64,000 nt of DNA, from positions 1 through 64,000 of the forward strand of contig RDOA01000005.1 of the NCBI GenBank assembly GCA_011364925.1, written 5' to 3'. Origin of the DNA: Promethearchaeota archaeon. Lineage in GTDB: Archaea; Asgardarchaeota; Lokiarchaeia; Sigyniarchaeales; SOKP01. The position numbers and the translations under genes were made by a program. Positions within the stretch are counted from its first letter, which is position 1. The number at the start of each line of letters is the position of its first letter. Below are positions 28,102-37,051 of the stretch, in pieces. The notes beneath the pieces were generated by a model that saw only the letters and a list, made by a program, of their open reading frames with translations, was not told the DNA's origin and made no database searches.

Positions 28102-30489
28102 TTAATAGTTAGTGCTTTTAACACCACCATTTTCAACGGGATAACCTTTTCTGTGCCACATTATCATCCCACCAGTTAAATTCCTTACATCCTTAAAACC
28201 TGCTCTTGCTAAAATTTGAGCTGCCATCATTGAGCGAGATCCGCTATGACAAATTACAACAATTTCCTCATCTTTATATTTTTCTAACTCATCAACATTG
28301 TACATTAGTTCTCCTAATGGCATCAATTTAGAATTCTTAATATGTCCCGTTTTTCCATGATACTCTTGGGGGGTTCGTACATCAATCATGATTGCTGGAA
28401 CATCGTCTGAATCGATTCTTTCGTAGAGTTCAGTAGCATTTATGTCTGAAAGAGGTGGTGCTCCTTCAACTCTAAGTTGTTTTCTAGTTTTCTTTTCAGG
28501 TTTCACTGGCGCTTTGATTTCTTCGTAAGTGGAAATACCCTTTTCCAACATGGCTACTAACTTTCCTTCCTCTTTTCTTAAAGATAACAACTTAACGGTT
28601 TCGTTTAATTTTGCATATGCTTCAACGCTAGCTTTAAATCCTGGATCTGTTGCATAAATCTTCAGTTGTTTATTTTCTGGCAGCGTTTCAAGAGATTTGA
28701 TAAGAGCATTTAAAGGACCGGGACAAGCCAGACCAGATGCATCTATTTCGACATAGTCTTCTGTTACTCTACGATTTTTACCAATAAATTCTTCTATTAC
28801 CTCTTCTGATGTACCGCACTCCGCAGCTATTTCTTCAGTCGTAGCTATTGCAGTTTTATATAACTTGTATCCTCCTGCGAGATTCTTCACATTATAACCC
28901 ATCTGATTTAAGAATCTAGTTGCAAGATATGCCCTAAATCCAACTTCACAGTAAATGTATATATTTTTATCTTTTGGAACTTCATTTAGTCGATTTCTTA
29001 ATTCTAAATCATTGATATTTATTGCTCCGTCAATTGACCCAATTTCATATTCACCAGGGGTTCGAACATCCAAAATGACACTATTATCTTCTTTTATTTT
29101 GCTTAATTCATTCCAATGCCAGATAGGCATATCCCCTCGAAGCACATTTGATGCAACGAATCCGGCCATATTAACTGGGTCTTTCGCGGAACCATAAGGA
29201 GGTGCATATGTAAGCTCCAGTTCCTCTAGATCAAAAACAGTTCCGTTAAATTTCATAACAGTAGAGATTACATCAATCCTTTTTTCTGTCCCCGAACCAC
29301 CAACTGCTTGTGCTCCAAGAATTCTTCCATTTGGAGTTTCAAAAATGAGTTTTAAGGTTATAGGCACTGCTCCAGGATAGTATCCTGCGTGGTTATTTGG
29401 ATGAACGTATATTTTTTCATATTTAATATCAGTCTGCTTTAGTTCCTTTTCATTTAATCCAACTGATGAGACAGTTATATCAAAGATCTTCACAACAGAA
29501 GCGCCAAGTACACCTTTGTACTTTGATTTTCGTCCAGCAATAACATCAGCAACGATCCTACCTTGCTTATTTGCCGGACCCGCTAAAGGAACTCCAGTTG
29601 GTTGTTTTGTGACATAATTTTTTATCTGAATAGCGTCCCCTACAGCAAAGATCGAAGGATCCGATGTTCTCATCTGTTCATCTACAATAATGTGACCTTT
29701 AGGACCAATTTCCAATCCTGCATCTTTAGCTAAGTGATTTTCAGGTTTAACCCCCATCGCTAAAATGACCATATCAGTTTTTATTCTATTCCCACTTCTA
29801 GGAACAACATAAAAATTTCCTTCACTATCAGTTTTGAACGATTCTATTGGATCTTCTAACTGTAAGCAAACACCATTTAGAAGTAGCTCCTGATGAATGA
29901 ACTGAGCAATTTCCCTATCCAAGGGGGCCATAACCTGGTCTAGCATTTCCACAATTTTCACTTTAACCCCTCTATACCTAAGATTCTCTGCCATTTCTAA
30001 CCCGATGAACCCTCCACCAACAATAGTGGCGTGTTTAATTTCATTATCCTCTATATACTGAATTATCCTATTAGAATCGGGAATATTTCTTATGGTAAAA
30101 AACGGAACATCGTTTATCCCTGGGAAGGGAGGAATAATCGGACTCGCTCCAGGAGAGAGAATGAGATAATCATAATCTAATACTAGTGTATTCCCATTCT
30201 TTAGATCTATAACAGTAACCTTTTTATCAGTTTCATCGATGCTTCTGACTTCATGGTCTACCTTAACATTAATATTAAACCTATTGAGAAATCTCTTTGG
30301 TGTCATCAGTTTTAATCTTCTTTCTTCTTTTATAACTTGACCAATATAATAGGGTAAACCACAATTCGCAAAAGAAACAAATGGTCCTCTTTCAAGCACA
30401 GTAATTTCTAAATCTTCTCTTAATCTTCTGAGTCTGGCCGCAGCTGAGGCTCCTCCAGCTACTCCACCCACTATAATTACTTTTTCCAT
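28102..30489 (-). CDS. CoA-disulfide/persulfide reductase-rhodanese-TusA-rhodanese fusion (likely start ATG 30489)
   Basis: GGVAGGASAA, SFANCGLPY, YAPPY, rhodanese loops YCEVGFRA and ICHSGSRS, TusA motif ACPGP; GAGTGA 7 nt before 30489. Confidence 0.9.
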   Translation of the reverse strand: MEKVIIVGGVAGGASAAARLRRLREDLEITVLERGPFVSFANCGLPYYIGQVIKEERRLKLMTPKRFLNRFNINVKVDHEVRSIDETDKKVTVIDLKNGNTLVLDYDYLILSPGASPIIPPFPGINDVPFFTIRNIPDSNRIIQYIEDNEIKHATIVGGGFIGLEMAENLRYRGVKVKIVEMLDQVMAPLDREIAQFIHQELLLNGVCLQLEDPIESFKTDSEGNFYVVPRSGNRIKTDMVILAMGVKPENHLAKDAGLEIGPKGHIIVDEQMRTSDPSIFAVGDAIQIKNYVTKQPTGVPLAGPANKQGRIVADVIAGRKSKYKGVLGASVVKIFDITVSSVGLNEKELKQTDIKYEKIYVHPNNHAGYYPGAVPITLKLIFETPNGRILGAQAVGGSGTEKRIDVISTVMKFNGTVFDLEELELTYAPPYGSAKDPVNMAGFVASNVLRGDMPIWHWNELSKIKEDNSVILDVRTPGEYEIGSIDGAININDLELRNRLNEVPKDKNIYIYCEVGFRAYLATRFLNQMGYNVKNLAGGYKLYKTAIATTEEIAAECGTSEEVIEEFIGKNRRVTEDYVEIDASGLACPGPLNALIKSLETLPENKQLKIYATDPGFKASVEAYAKLNETVKLLSLRKEEGKLVAMLEKGISTYEEIKAPVKPEKKTRKQLRVEGAPPLSDINATELYERIDSDDVPAIMIDVRTPQEYHGKTGHIKNSKLMPLGELMYNVDELEKYKDEEIVVICHSGSRSMMAAQILARAGFKDVRNLTGGMIMWHRKGYPVENGGVKSTNY

Positions 30490-30689
30490 CTTTAAGTCAC
30501 TCATTTTTAGTTGTGTGATCGTGAAACACAATATCACTACTTATAATTTTCAAAATTAAGTATTCAATTTAAAGAACTTTCTTATTATTTATTGATTGTT
30601 CTCACTAAAAATTTACTTTTTCGATTTTTATAAAAGAAGTTACAACCACTAGGGATGTATTGTAAAAATAAGAAAATTAAAGAAAAAAT

Positions 30690-31493
30690 TTAGCCTCTAT
30701 AATCCAATACTATTACTGCATCAACGAATAACTCATAATTCTCGTCTTCGTCATAATCATGTATTACGACCTTTTCCACTTCATCCAGTTCTCCTTCAAC
30801 TTCTATAAGTTCGGATTGCTGTAATATTTTAATATCCGAATGTTTTAAATCCTTCCGAATTTCGACGTTGCCCGGAATAGACTTTGCTGATGTGACTACA
30901 ATTACTCTTCCTGAATATTCTGTTAATTTTATCGCGAGCTCTAAAGAATCGTCCCCAGAGTCAACTACTAGAATTCTTTTTTCTCTTAGCTCTTCTAGGT
31001 CGGTTGGAACTTCGTAGTAAACACCTTTTCCAATAAACTTTTCAATTCCCAATATTACTCTCGCATCTAATTGACAGGAAGTAACAACTTCGACTTCTGG
31101 TTTTGTTCCAAGACGATAATTATCAATTGCAGCTTTTAATGCATCAGCAGCAAGGTTTGAACAATGCATTTTTATAGGAGGCAAACCATCTAATTCGTCT
31201 GCAACATCTTGCCTGGTAACCTTATAGGCATCATCTAAAGTCATCCCCTTAACCATTTCGGTTATCATTGACGAGGTACTGATAGCACTACCGCAACCAA
31301 ACGTTTTAAACTTAATATCATCAATTACTTCCTCGCCCTTATCATTTTTTCCGACTTTTATGTATATCCACATGAGATCCCCACAAACAGGATTACCAAC
31401 TTGTCCAACTCCGTCTGCGTCGTCTATTTCTCCTACATTTCTAGGATTTTTAAAATGGTCTAGTACTTTATCTGAATATTGAGTTGATTTCAC
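30690..31493 (-). CDS. iscU: IscU/NifU-type Fe-S scaffold with extra C-terminal thioredoxin-reductase-like domain
   Basis: DHFKNPRNVG, NPVCGD, FGCGSA, LPPIKMHC; the C-terminal ~130 aa resemble the TrxR NADPH domain. Confidence 0.9.
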   Translation of the reverse strand: MKSTQYSDKVLDHFKNPRNVGEIDDADGVGQVGNPVCGDLMWIYIKVGKNDKGEEVIDDIKFKTFGCGSAISTSSMITEMVKGMTLDDAYKVTRQDVADELDGLPPIKMHCSNLAADALKAAIDNYRLGTKPEVEVVTSCQLDARVILGIEKFIGKGVYYEVPTDLEELREKRILVVDSGDDSLELAIKLTEYSGRVIVVTSAKSIPGNVEIRKDLKHSDIKILQQSELIEVEGELDEVEKVVIHDYDEDENYELFVDAVIVLDYRG

Positions 31494-31497
31494 TTTA

Positions 31498-32688
31498 TTA
31501 TTTCACCTCTTCATATTGCTTAAGTAGGTCAGAAGGCGTTAATGGCGATAATTTCCTCAGTCTTTTTACCTGTTCAGGTAATACTTCAATGAGGCGATCG
31601 ACATCAGATTCACGAGTAGTTCTCCCTAAAGAAACTAATAAACTACCATGTGCCTCTTCATGGAGAAGTCCCATAGCGATTAGTGTATGCGACGGCTCTA
31701 ATGTTTTCGAGCTACAAGCAGAACCAGTAGCAGCAGCAATATTATGCTCTTTTAAAGTTAAAATTAAGGATTCTCCCTCGATATAATCGAATCTGAAATG
31801 TGCGTTATGAGGTAGTCTTTTTTCGGGATGTCCATTTAAATGTGATTTAGGAATAGTTTCTAAAACGCCCTTAATCAATTTATCTCGCAATTTTTTCAGT
31901 CTTTCTGATTCTTGTGGCATTTCTTCTTTCGTAATTTCTGCAGCTTTAGCGAATCCCACGATTCCAGGAATATTTTCAGAACCGGATCTAAAACCCCTCT
32001 CTTGACCGCCCCCTATGATTATGGGGTTCACTCTCACTCCTTTTTTCATATAAAGCGCGCCGACACCTCGAGGACCATAAATATCATTAGAGGATAAAGT
32101 GATTAAATCAATCGGAATCTTTTGCACATCAATTGGAATTACACTTGCACTAGCTACTGCGTCAGTGTGGAAGAGAATTCCTTTCTCTTGAGCCAATTTA
32201 CTTATTTCAGCAATGGGTTGAAGTGAGCCAACTTCATTGCTCGCAGTAGCAATCGAAATTAGTATTGTGTCGTCTGAAATAAGTTTCTCAAGCTTTTCTA
32301 ATTGGATTATTCCAAACCTATCCACAGCAACTCGACTAACTCGGAATCCTTCTTTTTCAAGATATTTAGCAATGTTCAAAATCGAGATATGCTCAATCTC
32401 GGAAATAATAATGTGATTGCCCTTTTTCTTTTGTCTCATTGCCGCTCCGATTATTCCCAAATTGTTAGATTCTGTCGCTCCAGAAGTAAATATAATATCG
32501 GAGCGATCAGGTGCATTCACAAAATTCGCAACCATTTCTCGTGACTTCTCTAAAATATCAGTCGCAATATCTCCATCGCAATGTAACGAAGCAGGATTCG
32601 CAAATTTTTCGTTAAAATACGGCATCATCTCAGCTATAACTCTATCATCAACTGGTTTTGCCGCTTGATTGTCCAGATAAACGCTCAT
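31498..32688 (-). CDS. iscS: Cysteine desulfurase
   Basis: YLDNQA, FTSGATES, HTDAV, TGSACSS; SSNDIYGP stands where SxHKxYGP is expected. Confidence 0.88.
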   Translation of the reverse strand: MSVYLDNQAAKPVDDRVIAEMMPYFNEKFANPASLHCDGDIATDILEKSREMVANFVNAPDRSDIIFTSGATESNNLGIIGAAMRQKKKGNHIIISEIEHISILNIAKYLEKEGFRVSRVAVDRFGIIQLEKLEKLISDDTILISIATASNEVGSLQPIAEISKLAQEKGILFHTDAVASASVIPIDVQKIPIDLITLSSNDIYGPRGVGALYMKKGVRVNPIIIGGGQERGFRSGSENIPGIVGFAKAAEITKEEMPQESERLKKLRDKLIKGVLETIPKSHLNGHPEKRLPHNAHFRFDYIEGESLILTLKEHNIAAATGSACSSKTLEPSHTLIAMGLLHEEAHGSLLVSLGRTTRESDVDRLIEVLPEQVKRLRKLSPLTPSDLLKQYEEVK

Positions 32689-32718
32689 AGTATAAACCTC
32701 AATATCTTAAGTATCGTG

Positions 32719-32970
32719 TTATTTCTTTTTCTTAAAGTAAAATATCAGATCGTCTCCATCTTTTAAAAATTCAACTAACTCTGTTCCCGTTCTCTTTGCC
32801 CACCTTGTTAAATCTTCTTCTGCAGCTGGATCGTCAGCCAACACTTTAAAACATTGACCGACATCTAAAGTTTCTGAAAAATTTCTGACTTCAAAAAGCG
32901 GTTCTGGACAAAATAATCCTCTAGTGTCCAATTCTTCATCGTATTCGATTTCCTTTTTTTCTCCAGACAT
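32719..32970 (-). CDS. tusA: TusA-family sulfur carrier
   Basis: LDTRGLFCPEP, ADDPAA. Confidence 0.92.
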   Translation of the reverse strand: MSGEKKEIEYDEELDTRGLFCPEPLFEVRNFSETLDVGQCFKVLADDPAAEEDLTRWAKRTGTELVEFLKDGDDLIFYFKKKK

Positions 32971-33228
32971 CTTAACAACCTTCTCTTACTTTTATATCTT
33001 ATATAAAGATTTTTTGTATTTAGAATTAATTTAATTTCTAATTCTCCTATGAGATATACTTGCCTTAACAAATTAAACATTCTTATTATAAATTAAACAA
33101 CTTTTCCGATAATAAAACTAAGAAAATAAAATCTCATTTAAAACGATGTTATAAATTATAAATCTGTTATTATACTACAATAGGGTTAAGAAGATAAAAG
33201 GATAAAAATAAATTTTTAAGTAAACCAA

Positions 33229-33864
33229 TCAATTTCCAGCTAAATCTTTTATGTGTTTTACACCATCAACCGCATCATCAGCAAAATCGTCGGCTCCAAG
33301 CTTTTTTGCTAGTTCCATATTCAACGGAGCGCCTCCAACTATTAATTTTACTGAACTTCTTAATCCTGCAGCTATTAAAGCCTCATGAACAGCTTTAATT
33401 TGTTCGACAGTCATAGTTAGTAAAGAACTTAATGCTATAATGGTTGCACCAGTTTCTTTTACTTTTTCAACTATAGTATTTTCATCAACATCCATTCCAA
33501 GGTCGACGAGTTCAAATCCACTACTTAATAACAGGGATCCAAGTATGTTCTTACCGATATCGTGATTGTCTCCCTTTACGGTTGCGAGAATAATCTTAGT
33601 TTTATCCACTGATTTGTCAGCAGCAGCTAACGCGGGTTGGAGCACTTTAAAAGCTTCCTTCATTGTTTCCCCAGCAAGCACAAGTTCGGTTAAATAGTAT
33701 TCTTTTTCTTCGTATCGGCGTCCGACTTCATCCATTCCTTTTGTTAAAGCGTTCAGGACATCAAAAGGGTCTTTTCCGTCATCTTCTAAAGCTTCTTTTA
33801 CGGCAGCTTCAATATCATCTACTTCTAATTCGATAATAAGTTCCGTTAATTTCTCAAAATCCAT
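33229..33864 (-). CDS. Methyltransferase corrinoid protein (MtaC/MttC-like)
   Basis: B12 cap domain plus GDNHDIGKN, LSSLLT, VGGAP. Confidence 0.92.
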   Translation of the reverse strand: MDFEKLTELIIELEVDDIEAAVKEALEDDGKDPFDVLNALTKGMDEVGRRYEEKEYYLTELVLAGETMKEAFKVLQPALAAADKSVDKTKIILATVKGDNHDIGKNILGSLLLSSGFELVDLGMDVDENTIVEKVKETGATIIALSSLLTMTVEQIKAVHEALIAAGLRSSVKLIVGGAPLNMELAKKLGADDFADDAVDGVKHIKDLAGN

Positions 33865-33965
33865 TTCTGACTCTCTTTACTCGATGTATAACCATTTAAT
33901 AATAAAATATCCAACTTAAGATAAATATTTTCTAAATTAATTTAGACAAGTAAGTATAATCATCT

Positions 33966-34100
33966 AAAAAAAAGAGAACGAGAGAAGCCGGAAATTTTAC
34001 CTCATAAAGAGGATTTAACATTTGGGATAAAATTTAGTTCCGTACGTTACCATTTAAATTAGGAAATTAGGGGATATTTTTATTTACGACTTCCTCTCTA
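33966..34100 (-). ncRNA. Candidate ~130-nt structured small RNA or terminated leader
   Basis: CAAAAG-TTTATATA at 34136-34123; 5' GAGAGGAAGUCG pairs with 3' CGGCUUCUCUC; internal CCUC/GAGG hairpin; U8 tract at 33973-33966. Confidence 0.5.
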
Positions 34101-34254
34101 TTAATGAATTATAACATGGCAATATATAAACTTTTGTCTAATTCCTCGAATAAACCTAATATTGCCTATATAATCCGATTTAACCCATAAGAATTTAAAT
34201 AACTAAAAATTATAGAAAGAAGAATTCGAAAAAGAATGTAATAAATGATTAAAA

Positions 34255-35013
34255 ATGGAAAGAGAATTTCTCGAAGAACCCCAAGAAATAGAAGAGATTG
34301 ACTTTTTAGAGGAAATTAAAGCAAACAACCTTATAATTTTAGCGAACGCTTTAACAAAAGATTATGAAATTGGAGATTTCATCGTACGAGCCGTTGATAA
34401 TGTCTCTTTGAGAGTAAAGGAATCTGATTTTGTAATAATAAAGGGTCCGTCTGGTGCTGGCAAAACAACCCTGCTAAATCTAATAGGAGGGCTCGATTCT
34501 CCTAAAAGTGGAGTAGTTTATTCAAATATGGTCAGAATCACTAATTTACAAGAAGAATCTCTTGCAACATTTAGGCTAATTAATGTAGGCTTCATTTTTC
34601 AGAATTACAATCTCATCAGTACTCTAACAGCTGAAGAAAACATAATGTTCCCTATGAAGCTAGCTGGCTTGAGTTTAAAAGAGCAAAGAGAACGAGCAGT
34701 AGATCTTTTAAAAAAGGTGGGTTTAGGGGAGAGAAGAGAACACCTTCCGTTTCAACTTTCAGCAGGAGAGCAGCAAAGAGTAGCAATAGCAAGAGCTTTA
34801 GCAAACAATCCTGAAATAATTTTAGCAGACGAACCTACGGCTAATATAGATAAAGAAACGAGTGTATTTATACGCGATCTCTTTAAAGACATAAAGCAAG
34901 ATAAAAAAACAATTATTATAGCCACTCACGATGATTTTTTGATAGAACTTGCTAATCGGATTATATCATTTGAAGATGGGAAGATAATCAAAGAGGAGAT
35001 AGTCGAAATTTAA
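34255..35013 (+). CDS. ABC transporter ATP-binding protein (LolD/MacB-like)
   Basis: GPSGAGKT, LSAGEQQRVAIARA, ILADEPT, ATHD. Confidence 0.93.
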   Translation: MEREFLEEPQEIEEIDFLEEIKANNLIILANALTKDYEIGDFIVRAVDNVSLRVKESDFVIIKGPSGAGKTTLLNLIGGLDSPKSGVVYSNMVRITNLQEESLATFRLINVGFIFQNYNLISTLTAEENIMFPMKLAGLSLKEQRERAVDLLKKVGLGERREHLPFQLSAGEQQRVAIARALANNPEIILADEPTANIDKETSVFIRDLFKDIKQDKKTIIIATHDDFLIELANRIISFEDGKIIKEEIVEI

Positions 35014-35027
35014 GTCGAACATTAAAA

Positions 35028-36959
35028 TTGTTAGGAGGGATGAACATTTCGCTTGACTTTGCACTAAAAGATTTCTATAGGAAACGTGAAACGACTTTTT
35101 CTTACACATTAATGATTATATTAGTTATAGCGTTGACAGTATTCTTGATCAATTTTACTTCGGCAATGGGATTCAATGATTTTATAACGTACAGTTATCA
35201 GAATGCTTATTATTTTTCTGGGGGTATTAGTATCGTTTATACTGACTTCACTACGCTTGTTATAAGTTTGATGTTGGTTATGGCTTTTGTGGTAGTGATA
35301 ATCGTAGCTAGCACGTTAATTTATTCGAAAAAACGAGATATAGCAATAATGAAAGCTTTAGGTTCTCTTCCCAGGAAATTATATAGCTTTTATTTAACAG
35401 AGGCATACATTACATTCATTATAGGTTTTGTAATAGGAGGAATATTAGGATTTATTTGCTATGGTATTGTTTCTCTCATAGTTCCAATTATCGGAATTTA
35501 TATTTCATTTCAAGTTGATTTTTTTTATACGCCAATTTTATTTTTTTCTTGTCTTGTAGGAATATATATTGTTCCAGGAGTAATTTTACGGAAATTGGGA
35601 ACCCAAAACACAATTACGTTGTTCTCGAGAGATATTTCACACAATTATAATGCTTCGAAAAAACTATCGTTGATACCAAGATGGATAAGTTCAATCGGAT
35701 ATCATTTTAAGATCTCTGTTATTAATACGATGAGAAGAACAGGGGAATTCAAACGTTATTTGATTGTGTTTTGTATAATATCGCTAATAATTTTCACATT
35801 AGGGATAGGGAGCAGTGTTATCCAAAATTCATCTCAACAATGGATAAAAAAGTCTCAAGGAATAGATATTATCGCTATAGGTCATCAAGACGTAATTCAG
35901 CAGTATACTTTAATGTACTCTATGTTTTCAAATCCAGAAATTATTATTACTGGTAACGATATTGACTTTCTGAGTTCAAATTACATGTTCAATTTTAGTG
36001 AAGTTGCAGACCTCTTGAATATCTCTGAAATTGAGAAGGTAGATCAGCGTTTGATAAGCTTCTTTAATGTTACTGAATTGGATGGATACCACCTTCTTGA
36101 GAATGGTAGGTACATCCTTACAGGACAGTCGCGTAAGGCGTCTATTCCAATCATTGGTATAAATGTTAACGATATAGTGCAGGATTTCGAGATAGAAGGA
36201 AATTATTTTGAGGAGTCTGATCCAATATATATGATAATTGGGGATGGATTAGGTTACAATTTTTTCGATTTCCCTTTAGATCAGAGCATGAGAGTTGAAG
36301 AATTAGGTGCTGGTCACTCATTTCATATTTCGGGGGTGGCGATTGATAGTTTTTATAGTGGGTTCGCAGGGTATATAGATTTACAAGTTATGCAAGGAGA
36401 GTTAAATTTTACTTCGGACGAGATAAATCTACTATTGTTAAAAATCGAGTCTGGCGAATATAATAACATCAAGGGAACAATAGAATCTATTATTAGCAAT
36501 AATCTCGGATTAAACTACAGTGTTATTAGTTTAAGTCAGACTTTCGAGAGTAATTACGCGTTTTTGAATAGCTTAACATTCTATCCTTCTCTTATCATTA
36601 TAATGATGGCTATTATATCAATTCTTTCGTTATATAATTACCAAAAAGGGAGTATATTAGAAAAAGCCAAAGACTTTTTGATTATGAGGGCTATAGGATC
36701 GAAATATAAGTCAATTAAGAGGATTTTATTCCTAGAAGCTCTTTACATACTTATTCCTTCAATTCTCTTAAGCTTGGGTATTGGAATGATCTTGAATTCT
36801 ACAATATTATTGTATCGAGCCTATTTACCTCACATATCAATTCCTTTTATTCTTGGTGGAATCCTCTTTGCTGCTTTTTTAGTTTTTAATTATTTGAGTC
36901 TGTTCCCCATTTTAAGGCGAATAAAGAAGTTTACTATCAAGGACTTTGAAATGTATTAA
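35028..36959 (+). CDS. FtsX/MacB-like ABC permease (start may be ATG 35040)
   Basis: Two FtsX-type motifs, KRDIAIMKALG and KDFLIMRAIG; large extracellular loop. Confidence 0.85.
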   Translation: MLGGMNISLDFALKDFYRKRETTFSYTLMIILVIALTVFLINFTSAMGFNDFITYSYQNAYYFSGGISIVYTDFTTLVISLMLVMAFVVVIIVASTLIYSKKRDIAIMKALGSLPRKLYSFYLTEAYITFIIGFVIGGILGFICYGIVSLIVPIIGIYISFQVDFFYTPILFFSCLVGIYIVPGVILRKLGTQNTITLFSRDISHNYNASKKLSLIPRWISSIGYHFKISVINTMRRTGEFKRYLIVFCIISLIIFTLGIGSSVIQNSSQQWIKKSQGIDIIAIGHQDVIQQYTLMYSMFSNPEIIITGNDIDFLSSNYMFNFSEVADLLNISEIEKVDQRLISFFNVTELDGYHLLENGRYILTGQSRKASIPIIGINVNDIVQDFEIEGNYFEESDPIYMIIGDGLGYNFFDFPLDQSMRVEELGAGHSFHISGVAIDSFYSGFAGYIDLQVMQGELNFTSDEINLLLLKIESGEYNNIKGTIESIISNNLGLNYSVISLSQTFESNYAFLNSLTFYPSLIIIMMAIISILSLYNYQKGSILEKAKDFLIMRAIGSKYKSIKRILFLEALYILIPSILLSLGIGMILNSTILLYRAYLPHISIPFILGGILFAAFLVFNYLSLFPILRRIKKFTIKDFEMY

Positions 36960-37051
36960 TTATACTTTCGGAAAGAAAAATATTAAAAAACTGACTTTAT
37001 ATACATAATATAAAATTAATATTCCGATTTAAATGGAAAGGTGCGCGAAAA

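Noticed and set aside
11705-33864. Selenocysteine read-through in redox genes
   Set aside because: All catalytic positions seen are Cys; TGA stops fall at natural C-termini; no convincing SECIS
33966-34100. RNase P RNA, 5S rRNA or cobalamin riboswitch identity for this element
   Set aside because: GAGGAAGUC and CCGGCUU superficially recall RNase P P4, but the element is far too short and AU-rich; no 5S or B12-box consensus is present
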